This document shows, in pieces, positions 49,995 through 60,279 of a stretch of 64,000 bases of DNA; position 1 is the stretch's first letter; the number at the start of each line of letters is the position of its first letter. Below the pieces are notes generated by a model. The model was given only the letters and a program-made list of their open reading frames with translations. It searched no databases and was not told the origin of the DNA. The position numbers and the translations under genes were made by a program. This stretch comes from Acidobacteriota bacterium (lineage in GTDB: Bacteria; Acidobacteriota; UBA6911; JACQSX01). Location: the NCBI GenBank assembly GCA_036507075.1, contig DASXQR010000146.1, positions 1 through 64,000 on the forward strand, read 5' to 3'.

Positions 49995-51263
49995 ATGAAC
50001 ACAGAGTATGTCATTGACGCCCTAAGCATCTGCAAAGAAAGGCCCGGCCAGACAAGGCTTTCCATACTGCTTACGCTATTGCTTGAACTAAGACGACGTG
50101 GTGATTTGTTCTTCTGTGTCTTCGATCAGTCAGCATTTCACGAGTTTAATAAAAGGGGGGGTACACAGTCGAAGCTGTACCAACAACTTCGAAGACATCC
50201 TAAATATTTTTCTCAAGTGCGCGGTCAGGCAGATGTCAAGATTCTTGACCTTGCCGAGCGGAATCACTCACGGATCATTAGTAACGACAATTTTCGGGAG
50301 CACCGGGCAGCTTACCGTTGGTTGCAATCAGACAAAGATCGTCTAATAAACGTTAGTGTAGTGAAAGATCGAATTATTTGTGAACCACTGGCTATAAACG
50401 TGTCTGAGATCACCGACGAAGCTCAACTTTGGAAGGACCTCGAGACAACTCTAGTTGGTGACGTTGTCACACCGCCGCCTCCGCAAACACTACTACGCTC
50501 CGCTAACCCATCACCAGCAAAGTCCGCGAAGGCCCAAGGAGGCGATGATTTCGTTGCTTTAACGCAGCCTTCAGGATCCCCTCCGGCAACGGGAATCCAT
50601 CAACACGCCGCGAATTCTAAAGGAGGTGCTGCAGTGGAACAGAGAATAGGAACGATAACCGAAACAAAGGCTCGTGAGCAGCTCGGAATCTTGGTACTTG
50701 ATGGATCGGGATCTATGAGTGCCCAAGGGGAGACGAATTTGACGAAAGCCGGTGAGGTCAACATCGCCGTTCAGGGTCTTATGGCGCGACTTAGAATTTC
50801 AAGGCTAAGGGAGAATTTCTATTTGGCAATTATTACTTACGATGATCAAGTTAATTCGAGCCGCCTACCGCCCACTCCAGTTACTCAGGTCGATCCGACC
50901 TCCGACTACAACCCGCTCCACGGCCATGGAAATGAGACCGCCATTGGCGATGCTCTAAATGCGGCTGCATCTGTCGCATTTCAGTTCCTGTCTGAACAAC
51001 AAAGCTTTCCCCGCTCAGTAGTAATTGTCTTAATGACTGATGGCCAAAACAATTGTGGTCAGGACCCGGTCGAGGTCGCAAATAAGATCAAAAACAGCGG
51101 CAAACGTATCACTATATGCGCTGCTGGCTATGGGAAGGGCGACGATGTGGATGCCCTAACCCTGCAAAAGCTTGTGACCGATGGCAACGGATATGTGCGT
51201 GCATACGATCCAGAAGTGCTTCGTAAGTTCTTTGAAGCAAGTATTAGCAGGGTCAGAGGCTGA
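49995..51263 (+). CDS. NYN/PIN (Zc3h12a-like) RNase fused to TerY-like vWA domain
   Basis: VIDA, VFD, QADVKILDLA, IISNDNFREH; vWA MIDAS LDGSGSM, ETAIGDAL, MTDGQ. Confidence 0.82.
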   Translation: MNTEYVIDALSICKERPGQTRLSILLTLLLELRRRGDLFFCVFDQSAFHEFNKRGGTQSKLYQQLRRHPKYFSQVRGQADVKILDLAERNHSRIISNDNFREHRAAYRWLQSDKDRLINVSVVKDRIICEPLAINVSEITDEAQLWKDLETTLVGDVVTPPPPQTLLRSANPSPAKSAKAQGGDDFVALTQPSGSPPATGIHQHAANSKGGAAVEQRIGTITETKAREQLGILVLDGSGSMSAQGETNLTKAGEVNIAVQGLMARLRISRLRENFYLAIITYDDQVNSSRLPPTPVTQVDPTSDYNPLHGHGNETAIGDALNAAASVAFQFLSEQQSFPRSVVIVLMTDGQNNCGQDPVEVANKIKNSGKRITICAAGYGKGDDVDALTLQKLVTDGNGYVRAYDPEVLRKFFEASISRVRG

Positions 51264-51275
51264 CATCTAAACTTC

Positions 51276-52307
51276 ATGCTTCGGAAATTCTTGCGCTGGC
51301 CGCGCATTAAAGGGCCTAACATTAAGAAGCAGCCCGACGGCGGGCTTCGTGCTGACGCACCTTTAGAAACTGCGACAAGCAGGGATTCTACACTCGCCCA
51401 ACTACCCCCAGGAACCACGTCCCTCATACCAAAAAGACCGCAAAGAGCGGCCGCTGTGAGTAGTAAGGCTGCCAAATTGACGAATGAAGATCACTGCGAC
51501 TTGTATAGGAGTGATCGGATCCTTGCGGTTGCACTTGCTGACGGCCTCGGCTCATCCGCCGACAGCTCAGTTGCTGCAAAGTTAGCTGTCAAGACTTTTT
51601 TGCACCAAGTGGAACAAGTTGATGCGGAGCTCCGAGAAGTATCAATTGCGGACCTTCACAGTTTTTGGAATCGCACGTCACAGAAAATAACAAATCACTT
51701 TCAGACTAATTTCGCCAAATATGCTGGTCTAGCGCATCCCCTTGAGACGACCTTGATTACGGTAGTCGACCAGGGAGATAGTTACCTAATCAGTTACTTG
51801 GGGAATGGCAGCATCTGGTATGTCCGGGGCGACTTCTGGGAGTTTCTGGATCGCCGTTGGCCATGGTCAATCTCCGACTTACTTATAAGTCAAAGCGTTC
51901 TCGACGATGACGGTCGTGATGCGCTCTATGGATTGATCGGTCATACCGGCCTACACGGAGAGATTCGAACACTCATAGTCAACAAAGATCATCACCGCGG
52001 TGAGATACTTATCGTGACAACAGACGGAATAAGCTCTCCAGATCACCTAAAAGTCGGCCACGACCCGAACAACAAACTGTGGCTAGAGGTTAATCCCTAC
52101 ATTGAGCGACTACTGCGTGACCACCTGCGCCGCTATCTCACGTCCAATTCGCCGAGCGTGACATGCCGTAACGGCTGCCTTCAAAAAGTCTTGGACGATT
52201 TTCTTACCGTGGAAACCTTCGATGACGACGCCAGTCTCGGTATTATTGTTTCAGACTCGGTCTTCACCTATCCCAACAGAAACCATCTGGCAGCTCATAG
52301 CAAATGA
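51276..52307 (+). CDS. PP2C-family phosphatase
   Basis: NEDH, LADGLGS, TTDGI, DDASL motifs. Confidence 0.88.
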   Translation: MLRKFLRWPRIKGPNIKKQPDGGLRADAPLETATSRDSTLAQLPPGTTSLIPKRPQRAAAVSSKAAKLTNEDHCDLYRSDRILAVALADGLGSSADSSVAAKLAVKTFLHQVEQVDAELREVSIADLHSFWNRTSQKITNHFQTNFAKYAGLAHPLETTLITVVDQGDSYLISYLGNGSIWYVRGDFWEFLDRRWPWSISDLLISQSVLDDDGRDALYGLIGHTGLHGEIRTLIVNKDHHRGEILIVTTDGISSPDHLKVGHDPNNKLWLEVNPYIERLLRDHLRRYLTSNSPSVTCRNGCLQKVLDDFLTVETFDDDASLGIIVSDSVFTYPNRNHLAAHSK

Positions 52308-54016
52308 GGATCACAGTCCGCCCCGGCTCGTGCGTATCAACTGGTTTGTCGAATGTTCCTTCTCACAGCGAGGCGCACTCGATCCTTATACATAGTGTAC
52401 ATTTCAACGAGGGCGGTCAGGGAAAGATCTACAAAGTAGACCAGATAGACGGCAGAGGCAGTTCTGACCTAGTCTTGAAGTTGTTTGACGCTGGAATCCC
52501 TTCCACCTTGAAACAGATAGCGGCTGCAGTCCGGGACGGCATATCGTGTCACAACATTCGTCAAGTAAGCTCTCTACGAGCTCTACCCCTTTTTCTTTTT
52601 GAAGGCACGGCGTCCGGTCATGCTGTGATGGGTTATGTGATGCGCGAGGTGCCTGGCCGAGCGTTTAGCGAGATTTTGGAAGGGCACCTAGACGACTATC
52701 TCACTCTTAGCCTCAACGATCGACTCGACTTATGTCGTCAGTTTGTAGAGGGAATGTGGATCCTTTATGCTCTCACGATTGTTCATGCGGATCTAAATGG
52801 TCAGAATCTGATGATTGACCTATCTAACAGGACTCTGGCGATCATTGATGTGGACGGCGGCGCCGTCGCAAGAAGTGGCTCTGTCCCAATCGTTGTCAAA
52901 CAGGAGCCAGGATGGCTTGCTCCAGAGATATTCGCTCAGCTAAGCAGAACGATCAGGGCCGAACCTGTTTTTGTCAGCATGGAGGCAGACCTCTGGTCTA
53001 TCGCCTCTGGGGTTCACTACTTACTATTCGGAATGTCTCCCTTCTTTTTTATCGCTAATCAGCCCGACATACCTGAATATCTGCGTCGGTATCAATGGCC
53101 AGAGCACCGAGGCGTTCATACTATCGCAACAAGAAATCACCATGCTTTCCGACATTACGAGGATGTGTATTCTCAAGTGCCCGACTTGCACAGGATGTTT
53201 TTTGTGACCTTCCAAGAGGGTTATGAAAATCCGTCGCGACGAATAGCCGCATATACTTGGCTCCAGGTGATCAGCGGCGTCTTAAAGTCGACGGGTCATT
53301 CCGAACGGCGTTCTCCAGTGAAACCGCAGCCAGAGGAACCAGCTGTCGTATCGCCTCTGCCAGCCCAACCGAGACGGCCCGTTGCCCGTCCCCCGTCCCC
53401 GCTTAGGCCGCCAGTCCAAAAACCCGCTCCCAAACCACCGCCCCCAGTGATTCCTTTCGGCCCAAAACCGCCGACACTGGTGGGACAGCGCAGGCAGAGT
53501 TCGTTCACGGTGTTTGCGGTCGCTGCAATAGCGGCGATCCTCGGTGTGGCCATCGTCGCGGTTATGCTGAATCCAGACGTAACCCGGCCTTCGATAGAAA
53601 CGTTTACTGTCAACCCTGCGACCCTGCAGGCTGGTGAGCATGCCACCATTCGATGGGTTGTAAGAAACGCGGGGGAGGTCAGAATCGACAATGGCATCGG
53701 TATTGTCGCTACCAGCGGGAACATCGATATTACTCCACCGATGTCTACAGTGTATCGCCTCACTGCGACGTCATCCGTGGGTACGATCGAGGGAGAGGCT
53801 GTGGTGGCAGTTGCCGCGCCTCCGCCCCCACCGCCACAGGAGAAAACGGCCGCCGACTACGTCCAAGAGGCCAATGTTTTGTATGAAAATCGACAGTATC
53901 TCAGAGCGATAGACGCTTGTGATAAGGCATTGGTTATATCTCCCGATGATCAAGAGGCTACGCGCTTGAAAGCGCAGATCAGGAACACAATCGAGATCTT
54001 GAATGGATCGAAATGA
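52304..54016 (+). CDS. Ser/Thr kinase with Pro-rich linker, TM helix, Ig-like and TPR domains
   Basis: EGGQGKIY, LVLK, HADLNGQN, IIDVDG, APE; TM VFAVAAIAAILGVAIVAVML. Confidence 0.88.
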   Translation: MRITVRPGSCVSTGLSNVPSHSEAHSILIHSVHFNEGGQGKIYKVDQIDGRGSSDLVLKLFDAGIPSTLKQIAAAVRDGISCHNIRQVSSLRALPLFLFEGTASGHAVMGYVMREVPGRAFSEILEGHLDDYLTLSLNDRLDLCRQFVEGMWILYALTIVHADLNGQNLMIDLSNRTLAIIDVDGGAVARSGSVPIVVKQEPGWLAPEIFAQLSRTIRAEPVFVSMEADLWSIASGVHYLLFGMSPFFFIANQPDIPEYLRRYQWPEHRGVHTIATRNHHAFRHYEDVYSQVPDLHRMFFVTFQEGYENPSRRIAAYTWLQVISGVLKSTGHSERRSPVKPQPEEPAVVSPLPAQPRRPVARPPSPLRPPVQKPAPKPPPPVIPFGPKPPTLVGQRRQSSFTVFAVAAIAAILGVAIVAVMLNPDVTRPSIETFTVNPATLQAGEHATIRWVVRNAGEVRIDNGIGIVATSGNIDITPPMSTVYRLTATSSVGTIEGEAVVAVAAPPPPPPQEKTAADYVQEANVLYENRQYLRAIDACDKALVISPDDQEATRLKAQIRNTIEILNGSK

Positions 54017-54057
54017 CTTAAATCGCGACTATTTGACTGGAATATGGTCGGCAGAAT

Positions 54058-54420
54058 CTATTTGGAAAGAGATTGTCGATACGTACCCGCTAGTTGGACA
54101 TTGCCTTCTCTATCCATCCTGATTTGCAAGATCTGGCCATTGATACCGACGAATTGGTGTTCCACATATGGACCGGTTATTTTTTGGTGTTGGTTGTTCC
54201 AACCTTGAAGCATTTTGAAAAAACTCTCCGGTGTTAAGCTGGGATTTCGTATTAACTGGATTGAGGCCTGTAATTCAGCAGATGCCGCTATGAACGTATC
54301 TAAGCGTCGCTTCTCCCCAGATATGTATGGATCGTATATTTCGTCTATTTTCTTAGGCAAAATAGATTCTTCGGCCTCGCCGTTTTCTGGCATAAAGGGC
54401 CGCTCGCCTTCTCGCGGCAT
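54058..54420 (-). CDS. Hypothetical protein
   Basis: ORF with protein-like composition; no family recognised. Confidence 0.5.
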   Translation of the reverse strand: MPREGERPFMPENGEAEESILPKKIDEIYDPYISGEKRRLDTFIAASAELQASIQLIRNPSLTPESFFKMLQGWNNQHQKITGPYVEHQFVGINGQILQIRMDREGNVQLAGTYRQSLSK

Positions 54421-54599
54421 GTTGTAGTAGGAGATTTAATGAGTCAGACTGAGTCCCGCTGGAGGGGTTGGGGTAATAGTAACAGTCTAGTGAGAACTGT
54501 CAAGCAAGCCAGTAGCAATGTTAGAAGAATCGGTTGTCGCGAGTACGTTAGCAAATCTTCGCCAGCGAGGAGCTGGCCCCAAAACAATCGCGAGTTCGA

Positions 54600-55150
54600 A
54601 TCCACAGGGTGTGAGATCTCAGTCGATGGGCTTTATCGTGGCAGACCTGACACTCGTGGCAGGCTAACAGTCTCCGACCTTGAGCCTGGCAGCCATAATC
54701 TCATCGCCACACAACGGCCTCGTTACCGCGATGAAACCGTTGAAGTCGTGTATCACCTGGTCAGAATACGATAACTGCGACGCTCCAAATGGCAGTTGGT
54801 TTCCTTATGTCAATCGTGATCATTACCGGACTCCAACCGCAGGCTACGCCTTTGACTCTTGATCGGATCGAAACGATTAATTGAATCAGAAGCAACTGAC
54901 GCCCCTCATTGCGGGCGAGATGACCGCCAGAGGCCTGCGGTTTCCCGTCGGCGCGAGGTCATTGACGCGCACTCAGCCAACGGGGACAGGACCTAAGAGA
55001 CTGGGAGCACTGAGTCGGTTCCTTGTCAGTCTGCACGTTGGTCATTTCGAATCGAGTTGCCTAAATGTGATATGATCGCCGATGGAATTGAGCGTGGTGG
55101 CACGGACTTCTTTGGCACGTTAGCAGTTTCCGACGGTTGACCCCGGCACC
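54600..55150 (+). pseudogene. Decayed paralog fragments of the 55747 PEGA protein N-terminus
   Basis: GCEISVDGLYRGRPDTRGRLTVSDLEPG and IAGEMTARGLRF...GALSRFL match residues of the 55747 ORF; interrupted by stops and frameshifts. Confidence 0.7.
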
Positions 55151-55548
55151 CGCTCCGTTGGACCGAGTGGCCTCGGTACCGCTATGAGAGTGTTCACGCG
55201 CGCCTAACTCCGGGGCAGAATCTAGTCGGAGTGCCCTTGCGTCTGGGAGCCTTTATATCGAACGCACTTCGTCAGATTAGCAGTCAGTTCGCGGGACGTG
55301 TTCTTCGACGTTTTGGGCGACACTTGCACTTTCAAGCCATTTACCAACTCAGAGGATATCGATGAGAATCTGTGACAAGTGTGGCAAAGAGCGTGTTTTG
55401 GATGGCGGGAGGACATGTGAGACGGGCCACTTCATATGTAAAAAGTGCGTTTGGGAAACAGCCAGCTTCTTTAGTGCAGAGCGAAAACACTGTCCGCTTT
55501 GCAAGAAGACCCTAAGATAAATCGTACTCTGGACAGAGGGAATCCAGC

Positions 55549-55731
55549 ATGGAGTCTATTGGGGGCTTACTGCTGATAATTGTCGTGCTTTGCCTTATGC
55601 TTGGTGCTCTTTCCAGAATGATTCTTCCTCCGCGACTAAGAGAAAGCGGGTGGCCTCGCCTGGCCCGGAATCTTTTCCGTGCCCTTTGGTCTCACTTGCA
55701 AGGACGAAGGTCCGGAAAGTTTCGGCCCTGA
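55549..55731 (+). CDS. Small membrane protein
   Basis: Hydrophobic N-terminus; GAGG RBS. Confidence 0.5.
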   Translation: MESIGGLLLIIVVLCLMLGALSRMILPPRLRESGWPRLARNLFRALWSHLQGRRSGKFRP

Positions 55732-55746
55732 GGTCCGTTTACACCA

Positions 55747-57849
55747 ATGTTTGGATCGGAGATATTTCCATGTCCGACGGCCAAGCGAATAAGTACGCGA
55801 TGGACTATCTTGTTGTGTATTCTCACCGTCCTCCTTGGGATCCGGCTGATCGGCCAGGAACGAGCCTTGAGCCTTGAGCAGGTTCAAAAGCTAGTCGACC
55901 AAAAGGTGCCGGATGTAGTTATTGCTGGTGAAATCCAGGACCGCGGCTTGGGATTTGATGTTTACCGCAGTACGATAACGCACTTCCAACGCCGAGGAGC
56001 CGGACCCCAGACCGTGCGCGCGTTATCACGATTTCTTCTTACCGCGAGCCTTGTCGTTTGGACGAATCCACCGAATTGCGAAGTTTATATGGACGGTTTG
56101 CATCGTGGCCAAACCGATAGCGTGGGTAAATTAGAAGTATCTGGTCTGGAACCCGGCAGGCACGCCGTAATGGTCTCTAAGGCGAACTATTCTGGAAGAG
56201 ATGCGGAAGCCATGGTTTCACCAGGGCAGAATCTTTTAAGAGTGGAGTTGCAAAGGGCCGTGGGTTATTTGACAGTATCCCCCAAGACTTCGGGAACGCA
56301 TATTGCAGTTAAGGGATTGGGGAATTATGACAACTCTATTCGAGATCTTGAATGTTCACCCGGCGTCTACGACATCACTGTATCAAGGTCATATTTCAAA
56401 ACATTCACGACACGAGTAACCATCTTGGCAGGACGGAAGGTCGAAATTTCACCGGCCCTCGACTTCGATCCTCGTATCCAGTGGAAGCAGCTCAAGAATG
56501 GGCTAACTAACATTAACGTTTATTGTATCGGTATTGACGAGCGTCAGAGACTCTACGCGGGGACGGGGAATGGGGTCTTTGTTAAGTCTGCAAACGCCGA
56601 CTCTTGGAGCTTTTGGGCGCTTAAGGGCCTTGAAGTGAGGTCTCTCTCAATCGATCCCAAAAACTCCGATATAGTTTACGTCGCTCTCGAGCATGGAGGC
56701 GTCGTCAAGACCACGAATGGGGGAGCCTCGTGGCATCGAATTGATAAAGGACTGCCCAACACAAATGTCAATGCTCTCGCTGTGGATCCTCGAAACAACC
56801 GTGTTGTCTACGCTGGTCCAGACGCCTTTGGTATCTGGAGGACCATTGACGGTGGCAGCAACTGGCGCAGAGTTGGTCCCGGTCGAGATGTCAGGTCGTT
56901 CTCGATAGACCTGCTAACCACCGGCATCTTATACGCCTCTACTTCGACTGGCATCATGAAAACCGTTGATCTAGGTACCACGTGGTATTCTCTAAACTCG
57001 GGTCTTCCAAACCCTTTTATAAATGGGTTGAGCATAGATCCCACGAAGTCGGAAATATTGTTTGCAGGGCCGTCTGGTCGCGGCGTTTGGAAGAGTGTCG
57101 ATGGTGGGGCGACCTGGTTCGAGGTGAACAACGAACTTACAAAGGCCGTCACGATTTTGGCATTTATTGTCCATCCGCAAAACTCTCAGATAGTTTATGC
57201 AGCGTCAGACGCCGCTGGTGTGTTTCAAACAATCGACGGGGGATTGAGTTGGTCTCCCATTAATAATGGACTTGGCAATCTAACGATTGGACGGCATGCG
57301 GTCGTGATCGATCCCAATGATGGAAGGGGCGGTGTGATGTACGTGGGAACCGTTGGTGCCGGTGTATTTACAACTGCCCTTCCTGCGCTCACGATCTTGT
57401 CTGAAATGGCTAACTCGCAAATGAGCTCCTCCTCGACAAAGTTTGTGGCTACTCTGAATTGCGCGCTTGACTCTGGTGTGATCACTGTTCGTGCAGATTC
57501 GCCAAATGGTGCAAGTTTTGAAAATTCCTGCGACAAACAAATCACGGTTCAGTTCAAAGCTGCCGGAAGGTGGAGTTTCCGGCCAGCCGAAGGTCTTCAC
57601 GGCGCTTCTGGACACACGACCTATCCTGTTACTTCCTTTTCGAGAGCAAAGTACAGGGTTGAAAGCGCTCCGCCTGGTAGTCTCGTCATTCGACGCCAAG
57701 GCGGCAGTTATCAATTTGTCGGAGATGCAGGGACACTGATTCTACATGAGCATGAGACTGTGGCTTTTGTGATGAACGATGAACCGAATGGCTATTGGGA
57801 TAATCGAGGCAGCGTCGAGGTGTCATGGCGTTGTATAGATTGTGAGTAG
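55747..57849 (+). CDS. Secreted PEGA + BNR/VPS10-like beta-propeller + LecA(PA-IL)-like domain protein
   Basis: PEGA repeats; S/T-x-D-G-G-x-S/T-W repeats; C-terminal NDEPNGYWDNRGS resembles the LecA Ca/galactose loop. Confidence 0.75.
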   Translation: MFGSEIFPCPTAKRISTRWTILLCILTVLLGIRLIGQERALSLEQVQKLVDQKVPDVVIAGEIQDRGLGFDVYRSTITHFQRRGAGPQTVRALSRFLLTASLVVWTNPPNCEVYMDGLHRGQTDSVGKLEVSGLEPGRHAVMVSKANYSGRDAEAMVSPGQNLLRVELQRAVGYLTVSPKTSGTHIAVKGLGNYDNSIRDLECSPGVYDITVSRSYFKTFTTRVTILAGRKVEISPALDFDPRIQWKQLKNGLTNINVYCIGIDERQRLYAGTGNGVFVKSANADSWSFWALKGLEVRSLSIDPKNSDIVYVALEHGGVVKTTNGGASWHRIDKGLPNTNVNALAVDPRNNRVVYAGPDAFGIWRTIDGGSNWRRVGPGRDVRSFSIDLLTTGILYASTSTGIMKTVDLGTTWYSLNSGLPNPFINGLSIDPTKSEILFAGPSGRGVWKSVDGGATWFEVNNELTKAVTILAFIVHPQNSQIVYAASDAAGVFQTIDGGLSWSPINNGLGNLTIGRHAVVIDPNDGRGGVMYVGTVGAGVFTTALPALTILSEMANSQMSSSSTKFVATLNCALDSGVITVRADSPNGASFENSCDKQITVQFKAAGRWSFRPAEGLHGASGHTTYPVTSFSRAKYRVESAPPGSLVIRRQGGSYQFVGDAGTLILHEHETVAFVMNDEPNGYWDNRGSVEVSWRCIDCE

Positions 57850-57995
57850 TTAACTGGCTCCTCTCCCTAGCAGGAGGGCATTTCGACGTACACCGAGCCG
57901 ACTAAACCTGGGAAGCGTGGCTTCGTCCCGTGTCATCCGATAGCTAGTTCCCAACTGGGGATTAAGTTGACTTTGGCGCTTTAACTGGAGAACAT

Positions 57996-58625
57996 ATGGG
58001 TGTGACACATAAAACCTTAACAACGCTGTTCCTGACAATGTGTATCGCGGGCAGTTTGACACTCACCACACAAGGTGCGCCGATAGAACAGATGTCCAGT
58101 CTCGGCCTTGACAATACGGAAATGGTTGTCAGTCTTAATACTCCGATTAGTACGAAGGCGTCGAGGAGAGGAGATACATTCGCTGCTCAGATCGTTTCAC
58201 CAGAGGAATACCGCAGTGGAACTATTGAGGGACACATCAATAGTGTGAAGAGAGCGAAGAAAAGGAATAGAGCGGAAATCCTGTTCGTCTTCGAGACGAT
58301 AACGATGAATGGTAACAATTACCTCATCAGAGCTGATTTGACAAACGTTGCAAATTCGAAGGGTGTCAAAGAAGTGGATGAAGAAGGCCGAGCGATAGGT
58401 AAAACGTCGAGGAAGAAAGCCATCGGCTCAGCCGCGGCAGGAGCTACTATTGGCGCTATCATTGGTGCCATAGCAGGCGGCGGAAAGGGAGCTGCTCAAG
58501 GCGCAGGTGCTGGCGCTATTGCGGGTCTCCTGATAGGTATCACGTTCACCACTGCTAGTTCGGACCTGGAATTTGCTCCGGGTTCACAATTCACCATCAT
58601 GGTATCGGATAGATCACGGGAGTAG
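57996..58625 (+). CDS. Secreted TrbI-like beta domain + glycine-zipper protein
   Basis: LNTPIST..S..GDTF.A, GAAAGATIGAIIGAIAGGGKGAA, L..GSQF.I. Confidence 0.75.
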   Translation: MGVTHKTLTTLFLTMCIAGSLTLTTQGAPIEQMSSLGLDNTEMVVSLNTPISTKASRRGDTFAAQIVSPEEYRSGTIEGHINSVKRAKKRNRAEILFVFETITMNGNNYLIRADLTNVANSKGVKEVDEEGRAIGKTSRKKAIGSAAAGATIGAIIGAIAGGGKGAAQGAGAGAIAGLLIGITFTTASSDLEFAPGSQFTIMVSDRSRE

Positions 58626-59098
58626 ACTGAGCACGTCGTTTGTGCGGAAGAAGGCGCTGCAAGAAGGAGGGATGGCAACCAGTTCCTGAGGGCATACTAT
58701 CGATGTGGATTCGCACTTAAATCGCCGTGGACTGCGAACCCGGGTGATTCCCGAGAACAGGCACAGAACATGGTCGCGCGTTCGGAAAAGCGGTATCATA
58801 ACTAGATGCTAACTAACGGCTCGGCCTTATGCCGGAGTTGACACTCAATGAGGCCGTCGAGCAACTATTGCAGACATTGCCTCCGAGATCAGAACAAATT
58901 CGGTTGTCGTCGTATGAAACACCACCGCAATTTACGCCTGCTTTTAACAGATGATGAATGCTATCTAGCTGAAGTCAACAAGGATCAACCACGACATCTC
59001 ATTGATGTTCGACGGCTCCACAAGAAGCCCGGCGTTCTGAGGGTTATCCGTCAAATGATTCGAGAGATGCAGCGTTCCTTACATCGATGGAATCTTGA

Positions 59099-59683
59099 GT
59101 GAGCGCACCACGACCATTTCCTGAAGGCATCTACCAAGCCGCGAAACTCATGTTCTTCATCGATGGTGAGAACCTTGCAATTCGTTACGGCAGCATCTTG
59201 GCTGACGGAGAGACGCAGGACCACGTGGAATATGAGCCTAATGTCTTCGTTTGGTCGCGCATCGCTAATGTTACCCAGCACACGCGGTGGGAGGTGCTGC
59301 GCCGGTATTACTACACGTCGATCCAGGGCGACGTCGTGAGACTCGAGGAGATTGAGGAACGACTAAAGGGTCTTGGTGTTGAGTCACCGCGCGTTTTTAA
59401 GAAACATGCGGGAAAGCGGTCGAAGCGCGTTGATATTTCGCTTGCAACCGACATGCTCACCCACGCGCACCGCAAGAACTACGATGTCGCGGTACTCATT
59501 GCTGGCGATGAGGATTACGTCCCACTCGTGGATGCTGTCATGGGAGAGGGCAGACGCGTCCTTGTGTGGTTCTTCGAGAAGGGATTAAACCCGACTCTCC
59601 GCCGCAGAGCTGATTATTTCTTTGACATCGGCAAGTTTTTTTTCCAATCTCGAAAGGACCTCGGGATTTACGGTTGGATCTGA
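59099..59683 (+). CDS. NYN domain (LabA/DUF88-like) protein
   Basis: FIDGENL, KRVDISLATDML, LIAGDEDYVPLV. Confidence 0.9.
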   Translation: MSAPRPFPEGIYQAAKLMFFIDGENLAIRYGSILADGETQDHVEYEPNVFVWSRIANVTQHTRWEVLRRYYYTSIQGDVVRLEEIEERLKGLGVESPRVFKKHAGKRSKRVDISLATDMLTHAHRKNYDVAVLIAGDEDYVPLVDAVMGEGRRVLVWFFEKGLNPTLRRRADYFFDIGKFFFQSRKDLGIYGWI

Positions 59684-60279
59684 ATGGGTTATTGCCAAAT
59701 CTCACTTCAGTCGCCAGCCCAAGTTCGGGTTATAGCTCGTGACCTGGAGCGGCGTCCCCGCGAGTGTGATTAGTGGGGTTGCTGTTCCCGACGTTGATTC
59801 CCGACACAGTGACGAGTTGCTTGACAACATTCGCCTCAACCTTAATGACAACCGCGGACTGTCTGACAAAAAAGTTAAAACCAATCAAACACACCCCCCG
59901 GGAAAGGTTATGAAAACCCCCTGCGGGTAAGCCCGTGAAAATCCACAGGAGGGATATCTAAGCCGGGTCGAAGAATCGTCAGCGCGGCTCGCGGATGAGC
60001 GGCAGGTTGTGAGAACGATGGAGGTGACAATATCGCGGGAAGAACTGGTGCCCTGTGGGCTTCAGTCTAGGCTTTTTCTGTTGACCCTTTCGTAAAGCGC
60101 ATGTGCTATAATTTGGTGTCCCAGTTTAAGAGAGCGTAATCTTCGACGATCCTTCTGACCCTCTGATTTTCCAGGCCCTTGAGGCACTCCGAGATGCCGT
60201 CCACAAGAAAAGGGCAGAACTCACACGAGCGATAAAGCGGCAGGATAAGTCGGCTTCTTCGTCGCAACCCGATGACGAA

